From Lentibacter algarum (GTDB lineage Bacteria > Pseudomonadota > Alphaproteobacteria > Rhodobacterales > Rhodobacteraceae): DNA of 32,000 bases. Of the stretch, positions 15,589 through 23,837 are shown in pieces; positions within the stretch are counted from its first letter, which is position 1; every line of letters starts with the position of its first letter. The stretch spans positions 132,626 to 164,625 of the forward strand of contig NZ_JAHKQI010000008.1 in assembly GCF_018860975.1 (NCBI RefSeq), read 5' to 3'. The position numbers and the translations under genes are program-made. Under the pieces are notes generated by a model, which was not told the DNA's origin, made no database searches, and worked only from the letters and a program-made list of their open reading frames with translations.

Positions 15589-17979
15589 GTGAAGCAGGTC
15601 CATCCTGATAATGGTATGGACAAACAAACATCAGAAGCTCTCCTTCGCCTCTTTGATGGCAACCAAGATCGCCATCTTGTTCTCAGCGGCAAGCCATCGA
15701 AGAATGACAAAGGCAAAATCGAAACCAAAGCGCGGCTTGACGACGGCCCGCTGACCCTCGAAATGGCCCGCGCGCATTTGGAGGGCGATGCCTCTTATGG
15801 CATTTCGCCTGTGCGCGCAGACAGCACGTGTCTCTATGGTGTGCTCGACATTGACTGGTATGACATGCCCGAGGACGACGTTCGCCTGGTGGCTGATCAA
15901 CTGCGCACCCGATGCGCTGCCTTCCGCACAAAGTCACGTGGCTTGCACGTCTATGTCTTCGCGTCTGAGCCTGTTTCGGCACGCGTGATGCACGATTACC
16001 TAGTTGCCCTGCGTAAGCGCCTCCCGAAAGCGTGCTTCGACAAGAAGCAAAAGCGAGATGTCGAAATATTCCCGAAGGAGACACAGACAGTCGTTAACCC
16101 CGACGACCAACCAACTTCTGTCAATTTACCAATGAAAGGGCAACAGCGTGAATTGGCATGGCTGATCGACGAGAGCGCGAGTCCGAAATGGGCACTCGAC
16201 GAAATGAGCGCGCTCAGCATCCTTTCGCACATCGACGAACATTGCCGCGTTGATGCCGCGACCATGGCTGCCATTACAAATGAGCAGCCGACACTCGACA
16301 CGTCGGACATTGGCTACAAGATTCCTGACGATCCAGCTGGTCGAAACGATCTGTTGATGCGTATTGCCGCCTCCATGCAAACGCGTGGCTGGCCGGACAG
16401 TGAATTGGAAGCGGAAGTTCGAAAACTGAATGGCGACGAAAAATTCCATGACTTGTTCATGGTGGGCGCGCTGACGGAATCCGAGATCAAGAACATCCTG
16501 AAACGGACGAAGAAGCTCGACAAAGGCACACCGACGCCGTTGCATTATCGGCAAGTTGAGAAGTTCAATCGCGACTGGTCGAAAATCACGATCAACGGCA
16601 CAGTCGAATACCTCGACAAAACGTCGCCTGAGTTCACAACGTTCACCAAGCAGATGCTGTTCGATGAAACCTCGGACAAAGTTGTCCGGATCGGCAAAGC
16701 AACAATCCCGCTTGCTCAACTGTGGTTGCGCGATCCCGATCACGCTCGGTTCAAGGGCGTTGTCTGCGAACCTGTCGAGTATGCAGGCCCCGGCTACAAT
16801 GTGTGGTGCGGTTTTGCTGTCGCCCCCAAAGATGGCGACGCTTCGGTGTTCGAACGTTACATCTTGGAGGTGTTGTGTTCGGGTGACGAGGATCTTGCTC
16901 ACTGGGTGACGATGTGGCTCGCGGACGCCGTGCAAAACCCGACTGAGCCTTCACCGCCAACAGCAATCGCATTGCGCGGCAAGCAAGGCGGCGGCAAGTC
17001 GTTCCTGCAAGAGCGCATCCTGACGCTGATCTTCGGCGAGCGGTATGTCCAGAAGGTTCAGGAGTCGCAACGTTTGTTCTCGCGGTTCAATCGCGGCATC
17101 TTTGGCGCGACCTTCATCGCCTGCGAAGAGTCGATCTTTCATGGATCGCAGGCGACGGCGGCGACGCTTAAGTCGTTCATCTCGTCACCTGCTTGGACCT
17201 ATGAGGAAAAGCATAAGGCGGTCGTGCAGGCAAAAAATGTTCACCGTATCATCGCCACGACGAACGAGACCCAAGCCGTCCATATCGACTTTGACGATAG
17301 GCGGTGGACGGTGATCGAGGTCGCGCAACCATTCGACATGACGACCCGTGACGGTCAAGCGGAGGCGTACGCTTTTTGGGAGCCTTATCACGCGTTCATG
17401 CGATCAGACGACGGCCCAGGTATCGTGTTGCGCTACTTGCTCGACTATCCGGTAGACAGGCAGGCTCTGACGTTTGGCTATGGCACGGAGGCTAAGGCGC
17501 GCGACAAGGTGGCATCCGATCCTTTGATTGCTGCTTTGCACGAGATTGCTGAGCGCGGCATTGTCCCGCATGACCGAAAAGCGGCGGGCATCATCTCGAA
17601 CAAGACTTTGACCACGCTTGTCCATCAGTCGGGCGGACGCAACATGTCGCCCGAAGAAATCGCCAACAAGCTGCTCAACCTGATTCCGGGAGTGAAGAAG
17701 TCGCGGAAGGCGCAGTATTGCGAACGCGTCCACACGTCCACGGACATGAACGGCGACGCTTCGGCAACGCCTATGATGGAGTCGGGGCAGCGAGGCTACG
17801 ACTTTGGCACGCTGACTGACTTTCGGGCGGCTGTGACGCGGCTGACTTTGCAATCTTATGGCGAGGACGACGAGGCGGTGGACTTTGACCCTGCCGACTT
17901 CGACATGCCCGATACGGGCGGATGGCAGGCATGGCAGGTCGCGCAAAAGGAAGACCCGAATGGTGATCCGCCTTTTTGA
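15589..17979 (+). CDS. Replicase: N-terminal AEP prim-pol domain, PriCT-like linker, C-terminal D5/SF3-type P-loop NTPase
   Basis: 796 aa. The prim-pol metal motif is ...YGVLDIDWYD... and the His motif is ...KSRGLHVYVF.... The PriCT-like segment is ...RIAASMQTRGWPDSELEAEVRKLN.... Walker A is ...LRGKQGGGKSF..., Walker B-like ...FIACEES..., and motif C ...RIIATTNE.... The start is GTG 15589 or ATG 15616. Confidence 0.85.
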   Translation: MKQVHPDNGMDKQTSEALLRLFDGNQDRHLVLSGKPSKNDKGKIETKARLDDGPLTLEMARAHLEGDASYGISPVRADSTCLYGVLDIDWYDMPEDDVRLVADQLRTRCAAFRTKSRGLHVYVFASEPVSARVMHDYLVALRKRLPKACFDKKQKRDVEIFPKETQTVVNPDDQPTSVNLPMKGQQRELAWLIDESASPKWALDEMSALSILSHIDEHCRVDAATMAAITNEQPTLDTSDIGYKIPDDPAGRNDLLMRIAASMQTRGWPDSELEAEVRKLNGDEKFHDLFMVGALTESEIKNILKRTKKLDKGTPTPLHYRQVEKFNRDWSKITINGTVEYLDKTSPEFTTFTKQMLFDETSDKVVRIGKATIPLAQLWLRDPDHARFKGVVCEPVEYAGPGYNVWCGFAVAPKDGDASVFERYILEVLCSGDEDLAHWVTMWLADAVQNPTEPSPPTAIALRGKQGGGKSFLQERILTLIFGERYVQKVQESQRLFSRFNRGIFGATFIACEESIFHGSQATAATLKSFISSPAWTYEEKHKAVVQAKNVHRIIATTNETQAVHIDFDDRRWTVIEVAQPFDMTTRDGQAEAYAFWEPYHAFMRSDDGPGIVLRYLLDYPVDRQALTFGYGTEAKARDKVASDPLIAALHEIAERGIVPHDRKAAGIISNKTLTTLVHQSGGRNMSPEEIANKLLNLIPGVKKSRKAQYCERVHTSTDMNGDASATPMMESGQRGYDFGTLTDFRAAVTRLTLQSYGEDDEAVDFDPADFDMPDTGGWQAWQVAQKEDPNGDPPF

Positions 17980-18002
17980 TTGAAAAGTTGTCACGGGGTA
18001 CG

Positions 18003-18034
18003 AAAGGCATGTCACGGGGTGACATGCCTTTTTT
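18003..18034 (+). terminator. Rho-independent terminator after the replicase gene
   Basis: AAAGGCATGTCAC-GGG-GTGACATGCCTTT forms a 10-13 bp perfect stem followed by a TTTTTT run. The stem itself contains the TGTCAC/GTGACA motif of the adjacent iteron field. Confidence 0.8.
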
Positions 18035-18063
18035 GATTTAACGCTAAGTGGTTATGCGAATTC

Positions 18064-18256
18064 TGTCAGTTATGTCAGTAATGACAGGGGTAAATTCATA
18101 TGCTGTGACGTTGGTGATTTGTCCACGGCTGCTCGGGCACGATGCGTGTTTGCTGCTACTATTATTTTACTGACATAACTGACAAACTGACAAACCTTCT
18201 TGAAAACAAAGCATTTTTGGTATGTCAGGCTGCTGCTTGGGTGACAAAGGGTGACA
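18064..18256. repeat. TGACA/TGTCA iteron field (candidate replication origin)
   Basis: TGTCAGT x2 plus an inverted TGACAGG lie at 18064-18089. ACTGACATA-ACTGACAA-ACTGACAAA lies at 18169-18195 with TGACA at 18171, 18180 and 18188. TGTCA lies at 18223. GGGTGACAA-GGGTGACAA lies at 18239-18258 with TGACA at 18242 and 18252. Two further TGTCACGGGG copies lie at 17988 and 18010. The region is non-coding and immediately downstream of the prim-pol/helicase gene. Confidence 0.6.
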
Positions 18257-18427
18257 AGGTTCATTGGGTGCGTTCTGGCGGCAGGTGACCTCCTCCCGCT
18301 TTCTCCGCATTCTTGTTGCGAGCAAGTCGCAACTGTGGTGGTTGAGCGAGGTCAATTGATCATCAATGAATTGTCGCCCGTGGTGGTTTGACTTGAAGAT
18401 CAAGCGGTTAGTCGTATTGGCGCAGTC

Positions 18428-18456
18428 TTTTGCAACGCGCTTTGCAACGGCAACGG
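18428..18456 (-). repeat. CGTTGCAAA motif cluster (2-3 copies, inverted orientation), mid-island
   Basis: TTTTGCAACG (18428-18437), TTTGCAACG (18441-18449) and GCAACGG (18450-18456). These are reverse complements of the motif at both island ends. Confidence 0.55.
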
Positions 18457-18501
18457 AAATCCACCTCAGAATGCGTCAATAAGGCTGACATAAATCGCAG
18501 T

Positions 18502-19143
18502 TCACGGCGCATTGCGTCGCCGCCTAATTTCAGCGATTGCCGCCTCCCAGCTTGGTCTTGCGGGGCGATGGTTCGCTCCCGGTGGCGCAAGGGCATAGGC
18601 CCCAATGAAATCGACACCCAAGCCCTTCAAGTAGTGTTTCGCTTTGCCACCAAATGCAACGACCGTGGCGTTGGGCAACAACTCGATCTGCCGCACAAGG
18701 TAGTTTGCAGCGCATGTTCGGTCTTTGGTCGAACCAATCTCATTGTCGATGGAACATAGCCTGCCCTCGGTAAGCCAAACCCGACGTAGCTGTTGGTCGA
18801 AGGTCATGTCGGGATATAGTTGCGAAATGAACCATCGGACATTTCGATGAAACAGGTCCGTTCCATGCTTGAAGCTCTTGTAGGCATGGTTTGTGCTGGA
18901 GGCCATTAAGTGGTCAGACCCCAACGCAACGTCGTAGCTTTCACCGTCGTGAGGGTGCCCAGGTTCGGAAAACACCATAATAACCTCGACATCCTCCGCA
19001 GAGCCCGTCGCACCGACATAACCGCGTGGAATGTGTCCACTATCTGGTCGCCATTGTGCCTCTCGGCACTGTCCGAAAAAGCGGCATGGTTTGTATGCTT
19101 CCAGCAATAGCGATTTCAACGGGTCCGTTGGTATCATATTCAT
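18502..19143 (-). CDS. Uracil-DNA-glycosylase-superfamily-like protein (tentative)
   Basis: The likely start is MNMIPTDPLK (ATG 19143). The pattern ...PCRFFGQCREAQWRPDSGHIPRGYVGATGSAEDVEVIMVFSEPGHPHDGESY... parallels family-4/5 UDG motif A (C..C...G.G...vm.vGEaPG...d..G). ...LLPNATVVAFGGKAKHYL...AYALAPPGANH lies where UDG motif B (HPS) normally sits. This is motif-level only. Confidence 0.35.
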   Translation of the reverse strand: MNMIPTDPLKSLLLEAYKPCRFFGQCREAQWRPDSGHIPRGYVGATGSAEDVEVIMVFSEPGHPHDGESYDVALGSDHLMASSTNHAYKSFKHGTDLFHRNVRWFISQLYPDMTFDQQLRRVWLTEGRLCSIDNEIGSTKDRTCAANYLVRQIELLPNATVVAFGGKAKHYLKGLGVDFIGAYALAPPGANHRPARPSWEAAIAEIRRRRNAP

Positions 19144-19387
19144 CTCGGTACAAATGGAGCCCCACCTTAGTGGGTATTGGCTGGCGGTCAACACCACCTT
19201 CTTTTCTCTCAATTCCACCTCATTCCACAGACCAACGCCCCGACAGCGGATGATACGCAATTCATGCTGAGCCTATGGCGTGCCGATGAAACGCGCCACT
19301 CCTGCGCGCACCCGGTGACCCTGTGGCTGTTTCCTTTTGGCCTTGCCTGCCGGGTGTGCGCGATCACAACCCGAAAGGACGACCACA

Positions 19388-19654
19388 ATGACCATTACCG
19401 CAACAATCGACGAGCATGAAGCAGTCACGCTCACCTATACCCGCATGAACACCACGTCGAACCTTGGTGTGCCCGACGCAGCCGCCTTCGCTGACGACCT
19501 CAAGTCGACCTTCAACCCCGATCAGGGCGACATCTACCGCGATGCCTATAACGTCTTGGTTCAACCCGATGGCGTAACCGTCGAAGTGCATCCCCATTCG
19601 TTCCCGATCCCGTGGCAGCACATCGCCTCTGTGGTCGATCAGCTCAATGCCTGA
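19388..19654 (+). CDS. Hypothetical protein (88 aa)
   Basis: ATG 19388 is preceded by an AAAGGA RBS. This is the first gene of a tightly overlapping + strand cassette. I recognise no motif. Confidence 0.5.
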   Translation: MTITATIDEHEAVTLTYTRMNTTSNLGVPDAAAFADDLKSTFNPDQGDIYRDAYNVLVQPDGVTVEVHPHSFPIPWQHIASVVDQLNA

Positions 19655-19655
19655 C

Positions 19656-19892
19656 ATGACCGTTGCACCCCTATGGCGTGAACTGTCGCTGACGCGCGGC
19701 ACACTCCGTGACCGCGGCCTGCGCGTCCACGGCGTGTGGACCATGCACATTGGCCTCGACACCCCACCACGCGTCTATGTCGATTGGCAGGACGTGCCGA
19801 ACAAGCACGAGATGACAGTCGCTGAACACCTGATCGTTGCCCGCAAAATCGTCCACATCGAACCCGGCGGCAGAAAGCCGTGGATGGAATGA
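19656..19892 (+). CDS. Hypothetical protein (~78 aa)
   Basis: ATG 19656 (or ATG 19647, which overlaps the previous stop). The coding-like ORF is contiguous with its neighbours. No motif recognised. Confidence 0.45.
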   Translation: MTVAPLWRELSLTRGTLRDRGLRVHGVWTMHIGLDTPPRVYVDWQDVPNKHEMTVAEHLIVARKIVHIEPGGRKPWME

Positions 19893-20224
19893 CGGGCACG
19901 GCTGAGGGCGCGTTTGTCGCGGCCATCATCTCGCAAGCATATTCCGACATGCTTGGCCCCGGCGACGACCACGCATACGCAGCAATAACCTTCCTAACCG
20001 CCCCTAATGGCCGACATGCCCGATGGCGCGGCGAACTGTTCGGGCTCTTGGGTCTTGATGGTGACATTGCCGCCCAACGCATCGTCGAAGGGCTTGAAGG
20101 CAACGCCGACCTGCACCCCTTCACACTGGAAACAAGTGAGCAACACGCCGCGCAGGTCGATCTTGCCCGCGAGCGCTGGCTCCACCTTAAACACCCCCAC
20201 ACTCTACCTGCTTCTTCGGTGTAA
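19889..20224 (+). CDS. Hypothetical protein (~111 aa)
   Basis: ATG 19889 overlaps the upstream stop as ATGA; GTG 19880 is an alternative start. No motif recognised. Confidence 0.45.
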   Translation: MTGTAEGAFVAAIISQAYSDMLGPGDDHAYAAITFLTAPNGRHARWRGELFGLLGLDGDIAAQRIVEGLEGNADLHPFTLETSEQHAAQVDLARERWLHLKHPHTLPASSV

Positions 20225-20341
20225 CCATTCATCCTTGGATTGTATTTTGCTTTCGACGGATTGGTGAATTTGTCGTCCTTAACCAGCTTAACGGACGCGG
20301 CCCACCAGTCGCGTTCGCTTTGGTTACGAAAGGACGATAAA

Positions 20342-20965
20342 ATGGCCGATGAAACGACCGCCGCAATTCAGGCGTTGATTAAACAGGTGGGTGCGCTCAC
20401 CGAGACCGTCGTTAAACAGAACACCCAAATCGACGACCAAAACACCCGCCTCGACAAACTGCACGAGTTCAACGGGCGTGTGCTGGATCAAAAAAAGGAT
20501 TTGGAACGTAAAGCAAGCTCGCAACCTACGCCCGAGAAAATCGCCGAGATGGCCAACGCCGGACTCGTTCCCGGTGACGATGGCAATTGGTATATGCGCG
20601 GAACGAAACCCTCACACAGTCTGACACGCGAAGAAGCGCGTGATCCCAGCAAATACCGCGAGGCGAAAGCGGCAGCAGAAAAAGCAGGCGCAACACTGAC
20701 CATCGTTGATCCAACCGCCGCCGACGACACGCATCGCCGTTCATCGCGCACAGAAATCGATTCGTCGCTGAAAACCACACTCATCCGCGACGATGACCAA
20801 AAAGTCGCCTATATGCGCCGCGATGTAATGCGTTCAGATACGCGTCAATACCGCCAACTGCGGGCTGACGGGTTCAACGTGCAGTCGTGGGACAACGCCG
20901 ACGATCTTCCGCAGCACATGCGGACAAAACTTGCATTGATGGAAAAAGCCAATGCGCCCGATTGA
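20342..20965 (+). CDS. Hypothetical protein with N-terminal coiled coil (207 aa)
   Basis: ATG 20342 with an AAAGGA RBS. The N-terminal heptad-like segment is MADETTAAIQALIKQVGALTETVVKQNTQIDDQNTRLDKLHEFNGRVLDQKKDLERK, followed by a charged, low-complexity middle. Its position upstream of the terminase genes fits a scaffold- or redirection-type role, but that is inference only. Confidence 0.5.
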   Translation: MADETTAAIQALIKQVGALTETVVKQNTQIDDQNTRLDKLHEFNGRVLDQKKDLERKASSQPTPEKIAEMANAGLVPGDDGNWYMRGTKPSHSLTREEARDPSKYREAKAAAEKAGATLTIVDPTAADDTHRRSSRTEIDSSLKTTLIRDDDQKVAYMRRDVMRSDTRQYRQLRADGFNVQSWDNADDLPQHMRTKLALMEKANAPD

Positions 20966-21332
20966 TCGCGCCTGCTTGCAGTACGCCTATCAGGTCGTGC
21001 TTGGCGTTGACCACGCCTATGTCTCACCGACAGGGGCGTGCCTGCTGCTAAATCACGCGGAGAAACTTGATCCCGCAGGCGATCCCATATCAGCCGCAAT
21101 CGCCGCGCTGGCCGCGATGATGAAGCTCCACCTTGGCGGTATCGGGTTTGGTGAGTTGCGCAACGACCTCGTTGGGTCGGGCGTCGGTGAAGATTTCGCA
21201 AATCGCGTTCATGACCATTTGGCTGATGTCTCCGAGAGTGAGTGGGTGGGTCTTCGCGACCGCATCCGTTGGTATGGCGACGATACGGGCGAACCGCCCC
21301 GTGCCTCAACCGACGTATCAGGAGGCAACTGA
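20952..21332 (+). CDS. Hypothetical protein (126 aa)
   Basis: The ATG overlaps the previous gene by 14 nt, and the stop lies 3 nt before the TerS-like start. No motif recognised. Confidence 0.45.
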   Translation: MRPIDRACLQYAYQVVLGVDHAYVSPTGACLLLNHAEKLDPAGDPISAAIAALAAMMKLHLGGIGFGELRNDLVGSGVGEDFANRVHDHLADVSESEWVGLRDRIRWYGDDTGEPPRASTDVSGGN

Positions 21333-21335
21333 ACA

Positions 21336-21923
21336 ATGGCAGGTAACAAAGGCAGCGGTCGGCCCAACACGATCCTCAATCACCCTGACAAGAATTCGAT
21401 CATTCGGTCGATTATCGAACGCGAATTGGGCGTGCCCGGTGCACCGTCATTCGCCAAGACTGCGAAGCGTGTCGGGCTGAATCCGGCGACAATTGATCGG
21501 TTTCGGAAGGATCACATCACGGAAGAAATGCGCCGTCACGTTGCGGGGCAGATCAAAATCGAACCAATCGACGAAACAACTCAATTCCTGAACCAAGAGC
21601 GGCTGGACGTTGGCAGCTCATATGAGTCCCTTGCGCGTCGCGTCGAAAAGCTGATCACGAAAGCCGAGGAAGCTGGCGACGATGGCTTTGCATTGGCCGC
21701 AATGGATGGCTTGCGGAAAGTGTTGAAAGACATCGCGACAATGCACGGCAAGATGGCAACCAGTTTGTCCGTCTCGGTTACTCTCGCGGAATCACCCGAA
21801 TGGGTCACGATGAAAAGCATCCTTCGCGCGGTGTGCGACGAGGTCCCCGAAGCTCAGCCCGTCCTTCTCAAACACATGCGCCAACACGTTCTCAGCGTCA
21901 CAAAAGAGGAGGCTGTGCTTTGA
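21336..21923 (+). CDS. Terminase small subunit-like DNA-binding protein
   Basis: 195 aa. The N-terminus MAGNKGSGRPNTILNHPDKNSIIRSII...AKRVGLNPATIDRFRK (GRP plus HTH) and the helical C-terminal oligomerisation-like region resemble phage TerS. The gene lies immediately upstream of the TerL ATPase. Confidence 0.55.
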   Translation: MAGNKGSGRPNTILNHPDKNSIIRSIIERELGVPGAPSFAKTAKRVGLNPATIDRFRKDHITEEMRRHVAGQIKIEPIDETTQFLNQERLDVGSSYESLARRVEKLITKAEEAGDDGFALAAMDGLRKVLKDIATMHGKMATSLSVSVTLAESPEWVTMKSILRAVCDEVPEAQPVLLKHMRQHVLSVTKEEAVL

Positions 21924-22150
21924 AGTCGCCCCATTCAGAATTCCTCGGCTGGGATCACTACGCTCGCGACCATGCAAGGCGTTTGGAAGCCGCCAACTCG
22001 GCAAGGCATCCCGAATGGGTTGAACTGCCCGCGACCCGCCGCGCCGCAAAAGGGGAAGCCAAGTATTTCACGGGCAAGCCGTGCGCGAATGGGCACATCT
22101 CCCCGCGATATTCATCTGGGTGTTGCCGCGCCTGTCAGACAGGGCGGTAA
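21920..22150 (+). CDS. Small Cys-rich zinc-ribbon protein (76 aa)
   Basis: The TTG start at 21920 sits 7 nt after a very strong SD (AAAGAGGAGG) and overlaps the TerS stop. ...YFTGKPCANGHISPRYSSGCCRACQ is a C-x4-H ... C-x2-C motif that recurs in alphaproteobacterial phage proteins. Confidence 0.5.
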   Translation: MKSPHSEFLGWDHYARDHARRLEAANSARHPEWVELPATRRAAKGEAKYFTGKPCANGHISPRYSSGCCRACQTGR

Positions 22151-22152
22151 AA

Positions 22153-22932
22153 ATGCCATTTGACGCCCTCATACCGTGGTGCGCAGAGCTTGAACGCTCG
22201 CTCGATCCCGCTGCGCGTCTGCGCCATTGGATCGGTCATGAGCCTGATCCTTGGCAGATCGACGCTTTTACCACGCAGGCGACGGAAGTCGCCCTGCGGG
22301 TCGGTCGTCAGGCGGGCAAGACCTCGGTGCTGGCCGCGCGCTCGGTTGAAGAATTGCACATCCCGGATTCATTGACCATCTGCGTTGCGCCCGCAGAGCG
22401 GCAAGCCAAGATCATCGCGCGAGAAATCGGGCGACAGTTGAAGCGCACCGAATTGGTCATCACGCGCTCGACGCTGACCGAACTCGAAATGTCGAACGGT
22501 GCCCGTGTCGTCGCGCTGCCGTCCACGTCGGACACTATTCGCGGCTATCCATCGGTATCGTGCCTGATCATTGACGAATGCGCTTTCTTGCAAGGCGATG
22601 GCGGCGGCGAAGACTTGATTGCGGGCGTCCTGCCAATGCTGACGGAAAAAGGGCAAGTTTATTTTAGCTCAACGCCTGCGGGCAAAAACAACTATTTCGC
22701 GCGTCTGTTCCTCGACGCAAAGCCGGGTGACGGTGTTCACCGCATTGTCGTCAAAGGCACGGACATCCCGCGACTGAAAGACAAAGTGGAGCGGATGCGT
22801 CGCACGTTGTCCGCGACCAAATTCCGCCAAGAGATCGAGTGCGAACTGCTTTCGGATGGCACCAGCTACTTCGACTTCTCAATCATCGAAAACGCAATAA
22901 GCACGGAGGGCGCAATATGTCCCAAGATGTGA
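22153..22932 (+). CDS. terL: Terminase large subunit, ATPase domain only (split TerL, N-terminal part)
   Basis: 259 aa from ATG 22153. Walker A is ...LRVGRQAGKTSVLA..., Walker B ...VSCLIIDECAFL..., and the coupling motif ...YFSSTP.... The ORF stops at 22932. Confidence 0.8.
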   Translation: MPFDALIPWCAELERSLDPAARLRHWIGHEPDPWQIDAFTTQATEVALRVGRQAGKTSVLAARSVEELHIPDSLTICVAPAERQAKIIAREIGRQLKRTELVITRSTLTELEMSNGARVVALPSTSDTIRGYPSVSCLIIDECAFLQGDGGGEDLIAGVLPMLTEKGQVYFSSTPAGKNNYFARLFLDAKPGDGVHRIVVKGTDIPRLKDKVERMRRTLSATKFRQEIECELLSDGTSYFDFSIIENAISTEGAICPKM

Positions 22933-23654
22933 ACTACGAAAACGCACTCAACCTCGTCTATCTGCCTGACGGGCGCGTAGTGAATGAAACAAACCAAGAC
23001 CCGGCCATCGAACGGGTCACGGGACACCAAAACTATTGGGTTGCCGCTGACCTCGGGCAGGCAAATGACTACACCGCCGTTGCAGTCATCAAAGACGAGG
23101 CGCTGCCCATCGTTGACGGATCGAAGGTCATCGTGGGACCGCGCCACCGTTCAATCGTACACGCTGATCGCTTCCGTGGCGTGTCCTATGTCGATGTCTG
23201 CGATTACCTGATCCGCTTGCGCAACGCGCCGCCGTTTGGTGGCAAGTCTGAACTTGTGATCGACGGCACGTCGCTCGGACGCGTCGTATCGGACATGCTC
23301 TGGGATCAATCAGTCGATCACCACGCCGTGCAAATGACCGGAGGCCAATCATGGCGCAAGGAAAGCTCGCGGTATGTCAACGCGGGGAAGACATTCATGA
23401 TCGAAAACTTGTCCGTGCTGTTTGCCTCAGGCGACCTCAAGTTTGCACATGACTTGCGGTTGCGCGACGAGATCGCATCCGACCTAGCCTCCTTCTCGTT
23501 GCAGACCACAGCAGCAGGCAATCAGATCATCACGCAGTCACGATCCGCAGGCGGTCACGGGGATTTGGGGATTGCGGTAATCGTCGGCGCGTTCGCGTCG
23601 CAATATCTGCGCCCGAAGATGGTCACGACCCACACGCTGCGCGGGTGGTATTGA
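22917..23654 (+). CDS. terL: Terminase large subunit, RNaseH-like nuclease domain only (split TerL, C-terminal part)
   Basis: 245 aa from ATG 22917 (GGAGGG 5 nt upstream), overlapping the ATPase ORF by 16 nt in another frame. ...YWVAADLGQANDYTAVAVI... contains the first catalytic Asp motif, and ...SAGGHGDLGIAVIVGA... is the late acidic motif. Confidence 0.75.
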   Translation: MSQDVNYENALNLVYLPDGRVVNETNQDPAIERVTGHQNYWVAADLGQANDYTAVAVIKDEALPIVDGSKVIVGPRHRSIVHADRFRGVSYVDVCDYLIRLRNAPPFGGKSELVIDGTSLGRVVSDMLWDQSVDHHAVQMTGGQSWRKESSRYVNAGKTFMIENLSVLFASGDLKFAHDLRLRDEIASDLASFSLQTTAAGNQIITQSRSAGGHGDLGIAVIVGAFASQYLRPKMVTTHTLRGWY

Positions 23655-23804
23655 CGTCTGTCGTCGCACTCTTGGCAACCGCGTGGGACGTAACACCGTG
23701 AACTCGACGAGCGAACGCGATGAACTGCGCAGCTCTGCGGTAATGCGGGGTTTTGGGCATAACCGTGGGGCACCGACCATAACCACCTTCGCTGACGGGG
23801 ATTT

Positions 23805-23831
23805 GCGGCGACCACGGGTAGTGGTCGCCGC
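23805..23831. terminator. Perfect 11-bp hairpin between convergent transcription units
   Basis: GCGGCGACCAC-GGGTA-GTGGTCGCCGC lies 6 nt beyond the stop of the 44-aa gene (- strand) and ~150 nt after terL-C (+ strand). There is no strong U-tract on either strand, so its termination function is uncertain. Confidence 0.45.
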
Positions 23832-23837
23832 AGCGGT

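Noticed and set aside
16126-18015. Minus-strand ORFs of 269 aa and 203 aa inside the replicase gene
   Set aside because: They are antisense shadows of the 796-aa prim-pol/helicase ORF, which has Walker and prim-pol motifs. No independent signals support them.
18167-18759. Track ORFs 18167-18403 (-), 18408-18617 (-) and 18430-18759 (+) in or beside the iteron region
   Set aside because: They are composed largely of the repeat motifs, or are antisense to the UDG-like gene. They have no RBS and their translations are implausible.
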